Below, piece after piece: positions 45,968-55,335 of a stretch of DNA of 64,000 bases. The notes below the pieces were generated by a model. It did no database searches. It saw only the letters and a list, made by a program, of their open reading frames with translations, and was not told the origin of the DNA. This DNA is from Myxococcota bacterium (GTDB taxonomy: Bacteria; Myxococcota_A; UBA9160; UBA6930). The stretch lies in contig OZ245002.1 in NCBI GenBank assembly GCA_965223415.1, positions 1,056,001 to 1,120,000 on the forward strand, in the 5' to 3' direction. Each line of letters opens with the position of its first letter. The stretch's first letter is position 1. A program made the translations under genes and the position numbers.

Positions 45968-47394
45968 CCGACACCGGCCTGTGTGACCGCAGCGCGGTCG
46001 AGCTGGCGGGGCTGGTTCGCCGGGGTGAGGTCTCGAGCCGCGAGCTCCTGGCCGCGCACCTGGCGCGCATCGAGGCGGTCGACCCGGTGCTGAACGCCGT
46101 CGTCACCCTGGTGCCGGAGCGGGCGGAGGCCCAGGCGGACGAGGCGGACGAGCGCCAGGCCCGCGGCGAGGCCCTGGGCCCGCTCCACGGGCTCCCCATC
46201 GTCCACAAGGACCTGACGATGACGGAGGGCATCCGCTCGACCATGGGCTCGCCGCTCCTGGCCGAGCACGTGCCGAGCGCGGACGACCTGATGATCTCGC
46301 GGCTTCGCAGGGCCGGCGCGATCCAGCTCGGCAAGACGAACGTCCCCGAGTTCGGTGCGGGCTCCCAGACCTTCAACCCGGTCTTCGGCGCGACACGCAA
46401 CCCCTGGGACCCGTCGAAGACCTGCGGCGGGAGCAGCGGCGGCGCGGCGGTGGCGCTGGCGACGGGCATGGTGCCGATCGCCGACGGCAGCGACCTGGGC
46501 GGCTCGCTGCGCAACCCGGGCAACTTCTGCAACGTGGTCGGCTTCCGCCCGTCACCCGGACGGGTGCCGCAGGTGCCCGCGGCGATGGGGTGGGAAACGC
46601 TGTCCGTACTGGGCCCGATGGGCCGCACCGTCGAGGACACCGCGCTCCTGCTCTCGGCCATGGCCGGGCCCGATCCGCGTTGCCCGATGTCGCTCTCCAC
46701 GCCGGGTGCCCGCTTCGCCGAGCCGTTGGGGCGCGACTTCGCGGGGGTGCGTGTCGCCTTCGATCCGGACCTGGGCGGCCTGCCCGTCGATCCGCGGGTG
46801 CGCGACGTGCTCGAGAAGGGGCTGGCGGGCTTCACGACGATCGGGTGTGAAGTCGAGCGGGCGGGCCTCGACTGGGAGGGGGCCGACGAGGCCTTCCAGA
46901 CGCTCCGCGCCTGGACCTTCGCGAGCGCGCTCGGAGGCCTTCCGGAGGAGCGGCTCGCGATGCTGAAGGAGACGATCCGCTGGAACCTCGCCAAGGGCCG
47001 ACAGCTCTCCGGCGACGCCGTGAGCCGGGCCGAGCGTCTGCGCTCCGCCCTCTTCCAGCGGCTGCACGCCTTCCTGCAGGACTTCGAGTTCCTGGTCCTG
47101 CCGGTGAACCAGGTGCCGCCCTTCGACGTCGAGAGCCCGTACCCGGAAGAGATCGACGGCGTGGGGATGGAGACCTACATCGACTGGATGAAGTCCGCCT
47201 ACTACGTGTCGGTGACCGGCCACCCGGCCATCTCGGTGCCGTGTGGCTTCACGCCGGAGGGCCTTCCGGTGGGCGTGCAGATCGTCGGCCGATACCGGGA
47301 CGATTTCGGCGTGCTGCAGCTCGCCCACGCCTACCAGGAAGCGACGCGCCTGTGCGACCGGAGGGCGCCGATCCTTTCGGAGCCGCCTCGCTAG
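45964..47394 (+). CDS. Amidase (amidase signature family)
   Basis: Motifs HKD, GGSSGG and GSDLGGSLRNP. Confidence 0.92.
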   Translation: MTDTGLCDRSAVELAGLVRRGEVSSRELLAAHLARIEAVDPVLNAVVTLVPERAEAQADEADERQARGEALGPLHGLPIVHKDLTMTEGIRSTMGSPLLAEHVPSADDLMISRLRRAGAIQLGKTNVPEFGAGSQTFNPVFGATRNPWDPSKTCGGSSGGAAVALATGMVPIADGSDLGGSLRNPGNFCNVVGFRPSPGRVPQVPAAMGWETLSVLGPMGRTVEDTALLLSAMAGPDPRCPMSLSTPGARFAEPLGRDFAGVRVAFDPDLGGLPVDPRVRDVLEKGLAGFTTIGCEVERAGLDWEGADEAFQTLRAWTFASALGGLPEERLAMLKETIRWNLAKGRQLSGDAVSRAERLRSALFQRLHAFLQDFEFLVLPVNQVPPFDVESPYPEEIDGVGMETYIDWMKSAYYVSVTGHPAISVPCGFTPEGLPVGVQIVGRYRDDFGVLQLAHAYQEATRLCDRRAPILSEPPR

Positions 47395-48227
47395 GCGAAG
47401 GTCATCACCCCCTGGTCGAAGACCACGTCGCCAGCCTGGTCCTTCGTCTGGAACCTGCACTCGCCGCCGTCGACCCACATGGAGACCGTCAGCGAGTCGC
47501 CGGGCATGACCGGCTTCGAGAAGCGGCCGTCCATGCTCTTGAATCGGGCAGGGTCGCCGCCGCAGAGGGTGTGCAGGAGCGCGCGGCCGGTGAAGCCGTA
47601 GGTGCACAGACCGTGGAGGATCGGCCGGTCGAAACCACCCATCTTGGCGAAGGCGGGATCCGAGTGGAGCGGATTGCGATCCCCGGAGAGGCGGTAGAGG
47701 AGCGCCTGATCCACGCGGGTGGCATAGGTGACCTCGTGATCGGGCTTGCGGTCGGGCAGCTCGAAGGTGGTGGCCGGGCCGCGATCGCCGCCCCAGCCGC
47801 CCTCGCCTCGGAAGAACGCGACCATCTTGGTGCGGAAGAGCGGCTTGCCGGTGGCCACGTCGACCGAATCCGACACCAGCTCCACCGAGGCCGCCTTGCC
47901 CTTGTCCCAGATCGCAGCGACGCGACCGGTGCTCTCGATCTCGCCCTCCGGCGGGATCTCGTCGAAGAGCTCGATGCCCTGCCCGCCGTGCAGCATCATC
48001 GCCGGGTTGAACGTGCCAATCTTGTCGAAGGGCACGCCACCCCCGCCCAGCACCACGGCCATGGTCGGAAGCACGCGCTGGGGCAGGTCCTTGGTGTTCT
48101 CGGTCGTGAACGCGAGCTCGTCGGTGGCGGCCCCCACGCCGAGGGCGTAGAGCAGCGCATCCTTCGAGGTCCAGGAGCGGCGAACCGGGCCGCCCTCGAG
48201 GCCGACCGCGTCGGGGTTGATGGGCAT
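47391..48227 (-). CDS. MaoC-like double hot-dog enoyl-CoA hydratase 2
   Basis: Motifs YRLSGDRNPLHSDP and ILHGLCT. Confidence 0.9.
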   Translation of the reverse strand: MPINPDAVGLEGGPVRRSWTSKDALLYALGVGAATDELAFTTENTKDLPQRVLPTMAVVLGGGGVPFDKIGTFNPAMMLHGGQGIELFDEIPPEGEIESTGRVAAIWDKGKAASVELVSDSVDVATGKPLFRTKMVAFFRGEGGWGGDRGPATTFELPDRKPDHEVTYATRVDQALLYRLSGDRNPLHSDPAFAKMGGFDRPILHGLCTYGFTGRALLHTLCGGDPARFKSMDGRFSKPVMPGDSLTVSMWVDGGECRFQTKDQAGDVVFDQGVMTFA

Positions 48228-48270
48228 GGGATCTCCTCCGTGTCGGGGAGACCACGGTACCGCAGCCCGG

Positions 48271-49536
48271 CTACGAGACGAGCCCGTGCATGAAGGGCAC
48301 CACGACCCGGACCAGGAGGGCGCTGACGGCGCCGACGCCGAGGGCGGCGACGAGGCCGACGGCGACGGGGCGCAGGCCGAGGGTGCGCAGGCGCTTCAGA
48401 TTGGTGCCGAGGCCGACGGCGGCCATGGCGATCGTCAGGCACCAGGCGGAGACGGTGGACAGGACGGCGATGGCCTCCTGCCAGAGCCCGGCGGAGACGA
48501 GGCCGCCGAAGGGCGCATCGCCCACGTCTCCGAGAGTGCGCAGCAGCGCCATGGCGACGAAGCCGAACACGAAGGTCGGAACCATGGAGCGGATCGGCGG
48601 CCGCTCGCCGGTGGCCCGGCCGTCCTCGCCGTTGGCGTGGTAGAAGAAGGCCATCAGCGGGATGACGGCGATCATGAAGAGGTTGCGGACGAGCTTCGTG
48701 ACCGTGGCGGTGTCGAGGGCTTCCGGCGCCCCGTACTGCTGCATGTAGAGGAGACCGGCGCCTGCGACCTGGGCGGTGTCGTGGATGGCCGTGCCGAGGA
48801 AGGTGCCCGCCAGGGCGGCCTCGCCGCCGAACAGCGCGTGGGAGAGGAACGGATAGGTGACCAGCGCGAGCAGCCCGAAGAGCGTGATGGTCCCGACCGC
48901 GTAGCTGGTCTCGTCCTCGTCGGCGCCGATCACCGGCGCCGTCGCGACGATCGCCGTGTTGCCGCAGATCGACGTGCCCACCGCGATCAGCGTGCCGAGC
49001 CGCCGCGGCAGACCGAGGGCGCGGGTGATCCCGCTCACCAGGAGCAGCGCGGTCGCGATGCACGCCACGACCACCGGGAGCGCCGCCAGACCGATCGCGC
49101 CCACCGCGCCCAGGGACAGCCGGATGCCGAGCAGCGCCACACCGATGCGGAGCACCCGCTGCAGACCGAAGCGCAGGCCCGCTTCGTACACCGAAGGCAG
49201 GCCGATCGTGTTGCGGATCGCGAGGCCCAGCAGGATGGCGATCAGGATCGGGCTGACGGGGCTCTTCTCGAGCCCGAGCCACTCCCGGCCGATTCCCTCG
49301 GAGGCGAGCCGACCGATCCAGGCCAGGGCGAAGGCAATGGTAAGGCCCGGCAGGAGCGCTCCCAGCAGGGCGAAGCGCTCGTGCCCCCCTTCCTGCCACC
49401 GGAGGCGCGCCTCGCGCTCCTCGACCGTCTCGCTGGGGTCGACCCACTCGGGGACGCCCTCCATCCCGCCGGCCCAACGCCAGAGCTCCGGGTTCTCGTA
49501 CGGGTTGACCCGAGCGGCGGGCGAGTGGCCGACCAC
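48271..49536 (-). CDS. YeiH / putative sulfate exporter family membrane protein
   Basis: Motifs GTSICGNTAI, GTAIHDTAQV and TKLVRN. Confidence 0.85.
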   Translation of the reverse strand: MVGHSPAARVNPYENPELWRWAGGMEGVPEWVDPSETVEEREARLRWQEGGHERFALLGALLPGLTIAFALAWIGRLASEGIGREWLGLEKSPVSPILIAILLGLAIRNTIGLPSVYEAGLRFGLQRVLRIGVALLGIRLSLGAVGAIGLAALPVVVACIATALLLVSGITRALGLPRRLGTLIAVGTSICGNTAIVATAPVIGADEDETSYAVGTITLFGLLALVTYPFLSHALFGGEAALAGTFLGTAIHDTAQVAGAGLLYMQQYGAPEALDTATVTKLVRNLFMIAVIPLMAFFYHANGEDGRATGERPPIRSMVPTFVFGFVAMALLRTLGDVGDAPFGGLVSAGLWQEAIAVLSTVSAWCLTIAMAAVGLGTNLKRLRTLGLRPVAVGLVAALGVGAVSALLVRVVVPFMHGLVS

Positions 49537-50322
49537 CTAGATCCCCATCCCGAGGTAGGCGGGCTCCGCGTCCTGGCGACCGAGGCTCTGCATCACCGCG
49601 GCGACCGGCCCGTCCTCCTGCTCGGCGTCGGCGAGCAGGCCGCTCCGCAGGTTCGCAGGGACGGCCACGTCGATCTTCTTCGGATAGGCCAGGTCGAGCC
49701 CGTCCATGATCTCGACGAAGGCCGGCTCGTCGATGTCGTCGGCGAGCCGCGGGCTGAAACGGCGCTCCTCCGCCACGGTGGTGACGGTGCGCCCGCGGTA
49801 GTCGTGGCCCGGGTAGAGCAGCGTGTCCGCGGGCAGGCTGAAGATCTTCCCGTGGATCGAGCGGTAGAGGGCGTGAGCGTCGCCCTGCTGGAAGTCGGTG
49901 CGACCGCAGCCGCGCACGAGGAGCGCGTCGCCGGTGAAGGCCATGCCCGCCGCGTGGCACACGTAGGTGATGCAGCCGTCGGTGTGGCCGGGGGTGTGGC
50001 GCGCCTCGAGCTCCAGGGCGCCGGCGCGGACCGCCTCGCCGTCGGCGAGCTCGACGTCGGCGTTCGTCACGCCCGCGGCGGCGCTGACGGCTACGCGGGC
50101 GCCCAGGACCTCCCGCAGGAGGCCCGAAGCGGTGACGTGGTCGGCATGGACGTGGGTCTCCAGGGCGAGGACGAGCCGCAGGTCGAGCTCGCGGATCAGG
50201 GCGACGTCGCGCTCCTGCTGCTCCCGCACGCTGTCGATCAGCACCGCCTCCCGGGAGACCTCGTCGCCCAGCAGATAGGACCAGGTGGAGGTCTCGGGGT
50301 CGAGGAGCTGCCGGAAGATCAT
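49537..50322 (-). CDS. Persulfide dioxygenase (ETHE1-like MBL)
   Basis: Motifs ETHVHADH, TPGHT, GCGRTDFQ and PGHDY. Confidence 0.88.
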   Translation of the reverse strand: MIFRQLLDPETSTWSYLLGDEVSREAVLIDSVREQQERDVALIRELDLRLVLALETHVHADHVTASGLLREVLGARVAVSAAAGVTNADVELADGEAVRAGALELEARHTPGHTDGCITYVCHAAGMAFTGDALLVRGCGRTDFQQGDAHALYRSIHGKIFSLPADTLLYPGHDYRGRTVTTVAEERRFSPRLADDIDEPAFVEIMDGLDLAYPKKIDVAVPANLRSGLLADAEQEDGPVAAVMQSLGRQDAEPAYLGMGI

Positions 50323-50324
50323 AT

Positions 50325-50334
50325 GTATATATAC
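50325..50334. promoter_or_regulatory. AT-rich palindrome, candidate ArsR operator
   Basis: GTATATATAC within an AT island just upstream of the dioxygenase ATG. Confidence 0.45.
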
Positions 50335-50374
50335 GAATATTGCGATTCTCGGCATACGTCAATAGCATGCGACC

Positions 50375-50746
50375 ATGCCCCGCCGCCGACCGCAGCCCCC
50401 GACCCTCTCCGACGAGGCCCTCCAGCTCGTGGCCACGCGCTTCCGCGTGCTGGCCGATCCCGCCCGCCTGCGGATCCTGAACTGCCTGATGCGGGGCGAG
50501 TGCTCCGTCGGCGAGCTGGTCGACGCCACGGGCCAGGAGCAGCCCACCACCTCCCGACACCTGGCGGCGCTGCGGCGGGAAGGCATCGTGAGCCGCCGAG
50601 CCGAGGGCAATCGAGGCTTCTATCGCATCGCGGATCCGACCGTCACGAAGCTGTGCGCAATCGCCTGCGGCGGCCTGGCGGAGCAGCTCGCGGGCGGCCT
50701 CGATGCCCTGCCCGAGCCCAAGGCTTGGCGGGGATCGGGGATCTAG
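50375..50746 (+). CDS. ArsR/SmtB family regulator (BigR/SqrR-like)
   Basis: LADPARLRILNCL, SRHLAALR and a C-terminal LCAIAC. Confidence 0.85.
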   Translation: MPRRRPQPPTLSDEALQLVATRFRVLADPARLRILNCLMRGECSVGELVDATGQEQPTTSRHLAALRREGIVSRRAEGNRGFYRIADPTVTKLCAIACGGLAEQLAGGLDALPEPKAWRGSGI

Positions 50747-50833
50747 CCGATCCTCCCCTGAGTCCGCGGACAACTTAACAAACGGAACCGGCCCCTAACT
50801 TAACGGCCGGCCCCCAACTTGACGGGAGTGGGT

Positions 50834-51862
50834 ATGAAGCTTGGGTTGATGTTGGGGTATTCGGGGGCGGAGCTCTCGATTCCGATCGAGCGGGTGCGGC
50901 GGGCGGAGGCGCTCGGGTACGACTCGGTGTGGACGGCGGAGGCCTACGGCTCCGATGCGGTCACGCCGCTCGGGTGGATCGCGGCGCATACGGAGCGCAT
51001 CCGGCTGGGCACGGCGGTGATCCAGCTCGCGGGGCGGACACCGGCGATGGCGGCCATGCAGATCGGGACCCTGGACGCGCTGGCGCCGGGGCGCGCGATC
51101 GTGGGGCTCGGCGTCTCGGGCCCGCAGATCGTCGAGGGATGGTACGGCCAGCCCTGGGGCAAGCCCTATTGGCGCATCCGGGACTACGTCCAGATCATGA
51201 AGAAGGTGTTCCGCCGCGAGGCGCCCGTCGCCCACGAGGGGCGGGAGATCTCCCTGCCCTTCACGGGCCCGGGCGCGATGGGGATCGGCAAGCCCCTGCG
51301 ATCGATCCTGCACATGAATCCGAACATCCCGGTCTTCCTCGGCACCGGTACCGAGACCAACGTGCGGCTCACCGCCGAGATCGCGGACGGTTGGCTCCCC
51401 TTGAACTTCGTCCCGGGAACCCTCGGCCACTATCGGGACACGATCGAGGAAGGCTTTCGCCGCGCCGGTGGGGGCAAGGGTTGGAAGGACTTCGAGATCC
51501 AGGCGATGACGTCGGTGATCCTCACCGACGACGTGCGTGGCGCCCTGCAGGCGCCGAAGCCGAACATCGCCCTCTACGTCGGCGGCATGGGCCACCGGAA
51601 CAAGAACTTCCACAACGACATGATGGTGCGCCGCGGCTTTGGCGAGGCGGCGGCCCGCATCCAGGAGCTCTACCTCGCGGGCCGCAAGGCCGAAGCGGCG
51701 GAGGAGGTACCGGACGAGTACGTCGACGAGGGCGCCCTGATCGGTCCCGCCGAGCGCATCCGCGAGCGCTTCGGAGCGTGGGCGGACAGCGGCGTCACCG
51801 GGCTCACCGTCGCGACGAGGCAGGACGAGGCCCTCGAGCTGATGGCGAAGCTCGCCGGGTGA
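50834..51862 (+). CDS. LLM class F420-dependent oxidoreductase
   Basis: Motifs WTAEAYGSDA and GLGVSGPQIVEGWYG. Confidence 0.9.
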   Translation: MKLGLMLGYSGAELSIPIERVRRAEALGYDSVWTAEAYGSDAVTPLGWIAAHTERIRLGTAVIQLAGRTPAMAAMQIGTLDALAPGRAIVGLGVSGPQIVEGWYGQPWGKPYWRIRDYVQIMKKVFRREAPVAHEGREISLPFTGPGAMGIGKPLRSILHMNPNIPVFLGTGTETNVRLTAEIADGWLPLNFVPGTLGHYRDTIEEGFRRAGGGKGWKDFEIQAMTSVILTDDVRGALQAPKPNIALYVGGMGHRNKNFHNDMMVRRGFGEAAARIQELYLAGRKAEAAEEVPDEYVDEGALIGPAERIRERFGAWADSGVTGLTVATRQDEALELMAKLAG

Positions 51863-51868
51863 GCGTGC

Positions 51869-52606
51869 TCAGCGGGCAGCGTGCTCGGTGATCCAGCGCT
51901 CGTAGGCTCGGGGCGGCGTGAGCGCCAGGAAGTAGACGACCCCGATCGGCATCCCGAGCACACCGCTGATCACCTGCAGCACCGGATCCTGGAGCGGATC
52001 GATGCCCCAGGCCACCGAGGGCACCACCCCGCTCGTCAGCAGAAGCGCGCTCAGGCTGCTCCCGATCGCGTAGAGGAACATGCGGTTCACGAGCACCGGC
52101 TCGGCCAGTCCGAGTGCCGCCTGACGCTGGAGCCGCCCCCAGCACAGGAGTGCCTCCACTGCGACCCACGCCAGGATGGTCCCGAGCAGCGCATTCGGAA
52201 GGAGCATCGCCACGCCCGCCTCCCGGAGGGTCTCGATCGGTGCCGTCGCCGCGTGGTGCATCATCCACGCGCCCAGTGCGACCGCCGCCCCGCCGAGAAT
52301 CGTCGCGCCCACTCTCCCGACCCAGCCGTCCGGGCGAAAGACCAGCCGCAGGAAGCAAAGCACCGCGCCCCCGGCCACGAGCAGTGCGACGGAGCCGAGG
52401 GCCGCCAGCCACCGCACGGCGGTCTCCTGCACCTCCGGGACGAGGGCGGCGAACGACGCCAGGATGCCGACGCTCGAAGACAGGAACGAGAGACCGACGA
52501 AGGCCTCCGGGCCCCGGCCTTCCCCGCGGAATCGGCGCACCAATCGCACACCGAGCACCGAGCTCAGCACGACGAAGAGCAGCGCGGAAGCGGTCGCGAA
52601 CGCCAT
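51869..52606 (-). CDS. Hypothetical 7-TM membrane protein
   Basis: 245-aa hydrophobic ORF. Confidence 0.65.
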   Translation of the reverse strand: MAFATASALLFVVLSSVLGVRLVRRFRGEGRGPEAFVGLSFLSSSVGILASFAALVPEVQETAVRWLAALGSVALLVAGGAVLCFLRLVFRPDGWVGRVGATILGGAAVALGAWMMHHAATAPIETLREAGVAMLLPNALLGTILAWVAVEALLCWGRLQRQAALGLAEPVLVNRMFLYAIGSSLSALLLTSGVVPSVAWGIDPLQDPVLQVISGVLGMPIGVVYFLALTPPRAYERWITEHAAR

Positions 52607-52790
52607 GGCTAGCCATCCTTTCGGAGGCGACGGCGGGGGCTTTGAGGTCGCCGGCGACGATTCACCATGGCGCCGGGCCCGGGCGCGGGCCTTTCCCCGA
52701 CCCGGGCCTCGGCGAACCCGCCCAGCGCACTGGGGCCCAGGCCCGAGGAGGCCCCCTCAAGCCATCGGCGGATCGGTCGAAGACGAGGAC

Positions 52791-53465
52791 ATGCCGCCTC
52801 GAGGCACGTCCCACCGCCGGCCCCCCCGCGCGATCCCGGTCGCCCTGGCCGCCGCGGCGATCGCCTGCGCCACGCCGCCGCCCTCCCGGGAGCCCGGCAT
52901 CGACGCGGAGATCTACCGCCGGGCCGAGACCCACCGCGCCGAGCTCCTCGAGCGGGAGCTGACGCGGCTCCGCGCCGACCTGCGCCGCGCGGAGGAGACG
53001 CTGGTGGCCGTGGAGTCCGGCCTGCGCAGTCGCCAGGGTCGTGCAGACGCGGTGTCGGCCCTGGCCCAGGCGCACATCGAGGTCGAGCGCGCCGCGCAGC
53101 AGGGCCCCTGGCGCGGGGCGGAGATCGCCGAGGCCCGGAGCAAGCTGGACGAAGCGGACGCCCAGATCCGCGAGGGCCACTTCGGCGCGGGCCTGTTCTT
53201 CGTCTATCGGGCGAGCCGCCTCGCGGCGCTCGTCTCCGAAGAGGCACGCCAGGTCCGAGAGCTGCCGGGGGCCTCGTTCGTCGACGGAAGCCGCGTCAAC
53301 CTGCGCGCGGGCCCCTCGACGAACGACCAGGTCGTCGCCGTGCTGACCCGGGGAACCCCGGTCTTCGCGGAGGCCGAGGAGGCCGGGTGGGTGCTGGTGC
53401 GCACCACCGCCGGCCCGGTCGGCTGGATCCACAGGGATCTGCTCCGGCCGCCCGAGCCGCCCTAG
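52791..53465 (+). CDS. SH3b-domain lipoprotein with coiled coil
   Basis: IAC lipobox-like motif and VNLRAGPST..GWI. Confidence 0.78.
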   Translation: MPPRGTSHRRPPRAIPVALAAAAIACATPPPSREPGIDAEIYRRAETHRAELLERELTRLRADLRRAEETLVAVESGLRSRQGRADAVSALAQAHIEVERAAQQGPWRGAEIAEARSKLDEADAQIREGHFGAGLFFVYRASRLAALVSEEARQVRELPGASFVDGSRVNLRAGPSTNDQVVAVLTRGTPVFAEAEEAGWVLVRTTAGPVGWIHRDLLRPPEPP

Positions 53466-53485
53466 CCGCGCCCGGCGCGGAGGCG

Positions 53486-55108
53486 TCAGCCGTCCGCGGC
53501 GACCACGACGCAGTCCCGTCCGTCTTCCTTCGCCGCATAGAGCGCCCGGTCCGCATCGCGGAAGAGCCGTTCGGGGCAGCCGTCGTAGACGGCCACCCCG
53601 AACGAAGCCGTGAGGTCCCGCTCGTGGCGATGGGCCGCCTCGCGCACGGCGCCGCGCATCCGCTCGGCCAGCACCTGGGCATCGTCCCGGCCGGTCTCCG
53701 GCGCGAGCACCGCGAACTCCTCGCCGCCGTAGCGGGCCAGCAGGTCCGCGTCGCGGGTCTGCGCCGACATCGAGCCCGCCACGAGCGCCAGGATCTCGTC
53801 GCCGACCGCGTGACCCAGCTCGTCGTTCCAGGCTTTGAAGTGGTCGATGTCCGCGAGGATGAGGGCCAGGGGACGGCCGGTGCGCTCGGCCCGGCGCACC
53901 TCCTTCACCAGCTGGTCCTGGAAGTAGCGGTGGTTGTGCAGCTTGGTGAGGCCGTCGGTGATCGAGAGCTGCTCGAGCACCTCGTTGGCGCGCTGCAGCT
54001 CGTCGTTCTTGGCGACCAGCTCCTGGTTCGTGCTCGCCAGGCTGACGGTCATCGCGCGGAATGCCCGGGTGAGCACACCGACCTCGTCTTCGCTCCGCTC
54101 CTCCGGCAGCTCGTCCGGGTCCCCGCCCTCGGAGATGCGCTGGGCCGCCTGGGACAACGCTTCGATCGGGCGGGTGATCGAGCTGACGAGCCGGAAGGCC
54201 GCGAGCGCCAGTGCGCCGACAACCAGCAGGTCGATGGCCAGGATGCGCCGGATCGTCGAGGCCACCGGGGCGAAGGCCTCGGCGTAGGGCACCTGGATCA
54301 TCAGGGTCCAGTCGAGGCGGTCGAGGGTGCGCAGGCTGCCCACCTGGCGCACGCCCGCCGCGTCCACCTGGTCGGTCACTGCCTCGTCGCGCGCCAGCTC
54401 GGGCAACCCCTCCTCGAGCTCCCGACCGACCGCGTCCGGCCGGGTCGACGAGACCACGCGTTCCCGCGCGTCGAGCACGTCGAGGTGACCGGCCGCGGCC
54501 AGCTCGATCTGCGCGAGCTCGGCGTCGAGCGCGTCCAGGCTCAGCAGGGCGTGCAGGCTGCCGACCCGGCGGCCCTGGAGATCCTCGAGCGACGCCGACA
54601 CCACCTGGAAGCGCCGGCCCTCGGCCCAGGCCAGGCCACCGACGCGGACCTCGGCCGCAGGGACAGGGCCCGTTAGCGCGCCGGCCGGGAGAGCGACGTC
54701 GTCTCCGACCCAACGCAGCGTCGCGCCCTCTGGATCCCGCAGGAACAGCGCACGGAACTGGGGGAATCCGTCGAGGACGTAGCGAAGGTACTGGTCGATC
54801 TCCGCCGCCGCGCGCTGGGCAGCACCGGATCCGGCGCCGAGGCGCCCGGTGTTGGCGCGAAGGATGTCACTGCGCGCGAACACACCCACGTCCATCTCGC
54901 GCTGCTGGTACCAGAGGTCGATGCGCTTGGTCGCGGCGGCTAGCACCGACGGGAACGATTGCTCGATCTCGCTGCGCAGGAAGGCGTCGAGCGAGCGCAC
55001 GGAGATGGCCGTCACCGTGACGGAGGTGAGCACCGTCGCGCCCAGCACCAACAGCGAGATCCGCGCGGGTAGGCTTCGCGACGGATGGAGCCATCGGGCT
55101 GCCGACAC
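53486..55108 (-). CDS. Diguanylate cyclase with Cache-like and HAMP domains
   Basis: Two TM segments, HAMP (DEVGVL), DGLTKLHN and RYGGEEF. Confidence 0.9.
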   Translation of the reverse strand: MSAARWLHPSRSLPARISLLVLGATVLTSVTVTAISVRSLDAFLRSEIEQSFPSVLAAATKRIDLWYQQREMDVGVFARSDILRANTGRLGAGSGAAQRAAAEIDQYLRYVLDGFPQFRALFLRDPEGATLRWVGDDVALPAGALTGPVPAAEVRVGGLAWAEGRRFQVVSASLEDLQGRRVGSLHALLSLDALDAELAQIELAAAGHLDVLDARERVVSSTRPDAVGRELEEGLPELARDEAVTDQVDAAGVRQVGSLRTLDRLDWTLMIQVPYAEAFAPVASTIRRILAIDLLVVGALALAAFRLVSSITRPIEALSQAAQRISEGGDPDELPEERSEDEVGVLTRAFRAMTVSLASTNQELVAKNDELQRANEVLEQLSITDGLTKLHNHRYFQDQLVKEVRRAERTGRPLALILADIDHFKAWNDELGHAVGDEILALVAGSMSAQTRDADLLARYGGEEFAVLAPETGRDDAQVLAERMRGAVREAAHRHERDLTASFGVAVYDGCPERLFRDADRALYAAKEDGRDCVVVAADG

Positions 55109-55194
55109 GTTCTTCCCCTCCGGACGCCGCCCGGTCTTCGGCGGACCCTGGAGGGGACGGATCGGCTCGGTGGGCCCGGCCCTTGAGTCGAACT

Positions 55195-55234
55195 CCCCCC
55201 CCCCCCCCCCCCCGGGGGGGGGGGGGGGGGGGGG
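55195..55234. repeat. Adjacent C19/G21 homopolymer tracts
   Basis: C run 55195-55213 directly followed by G run 55214-55234. Confidence 0.8.
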
Positions 55235-55335
55235 CGGCCTTCGAGCGGCCCCCTCAGCGAACGCCCCAGGTGGGAGGCCGACCTTCTGCCCTGGGGCCGG
55301 CCGCGCGACCTGCCGATGAGGGAACGAGGCCCCGT

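Noticed and set aside
44200..47394. 1064-aa amidase ORF, and similarly 59304-61838 and 59505-61733
   Set aside because: The N-terminal extensions overlap genuine genes; the true starts are 45964, 60387 and 60332.
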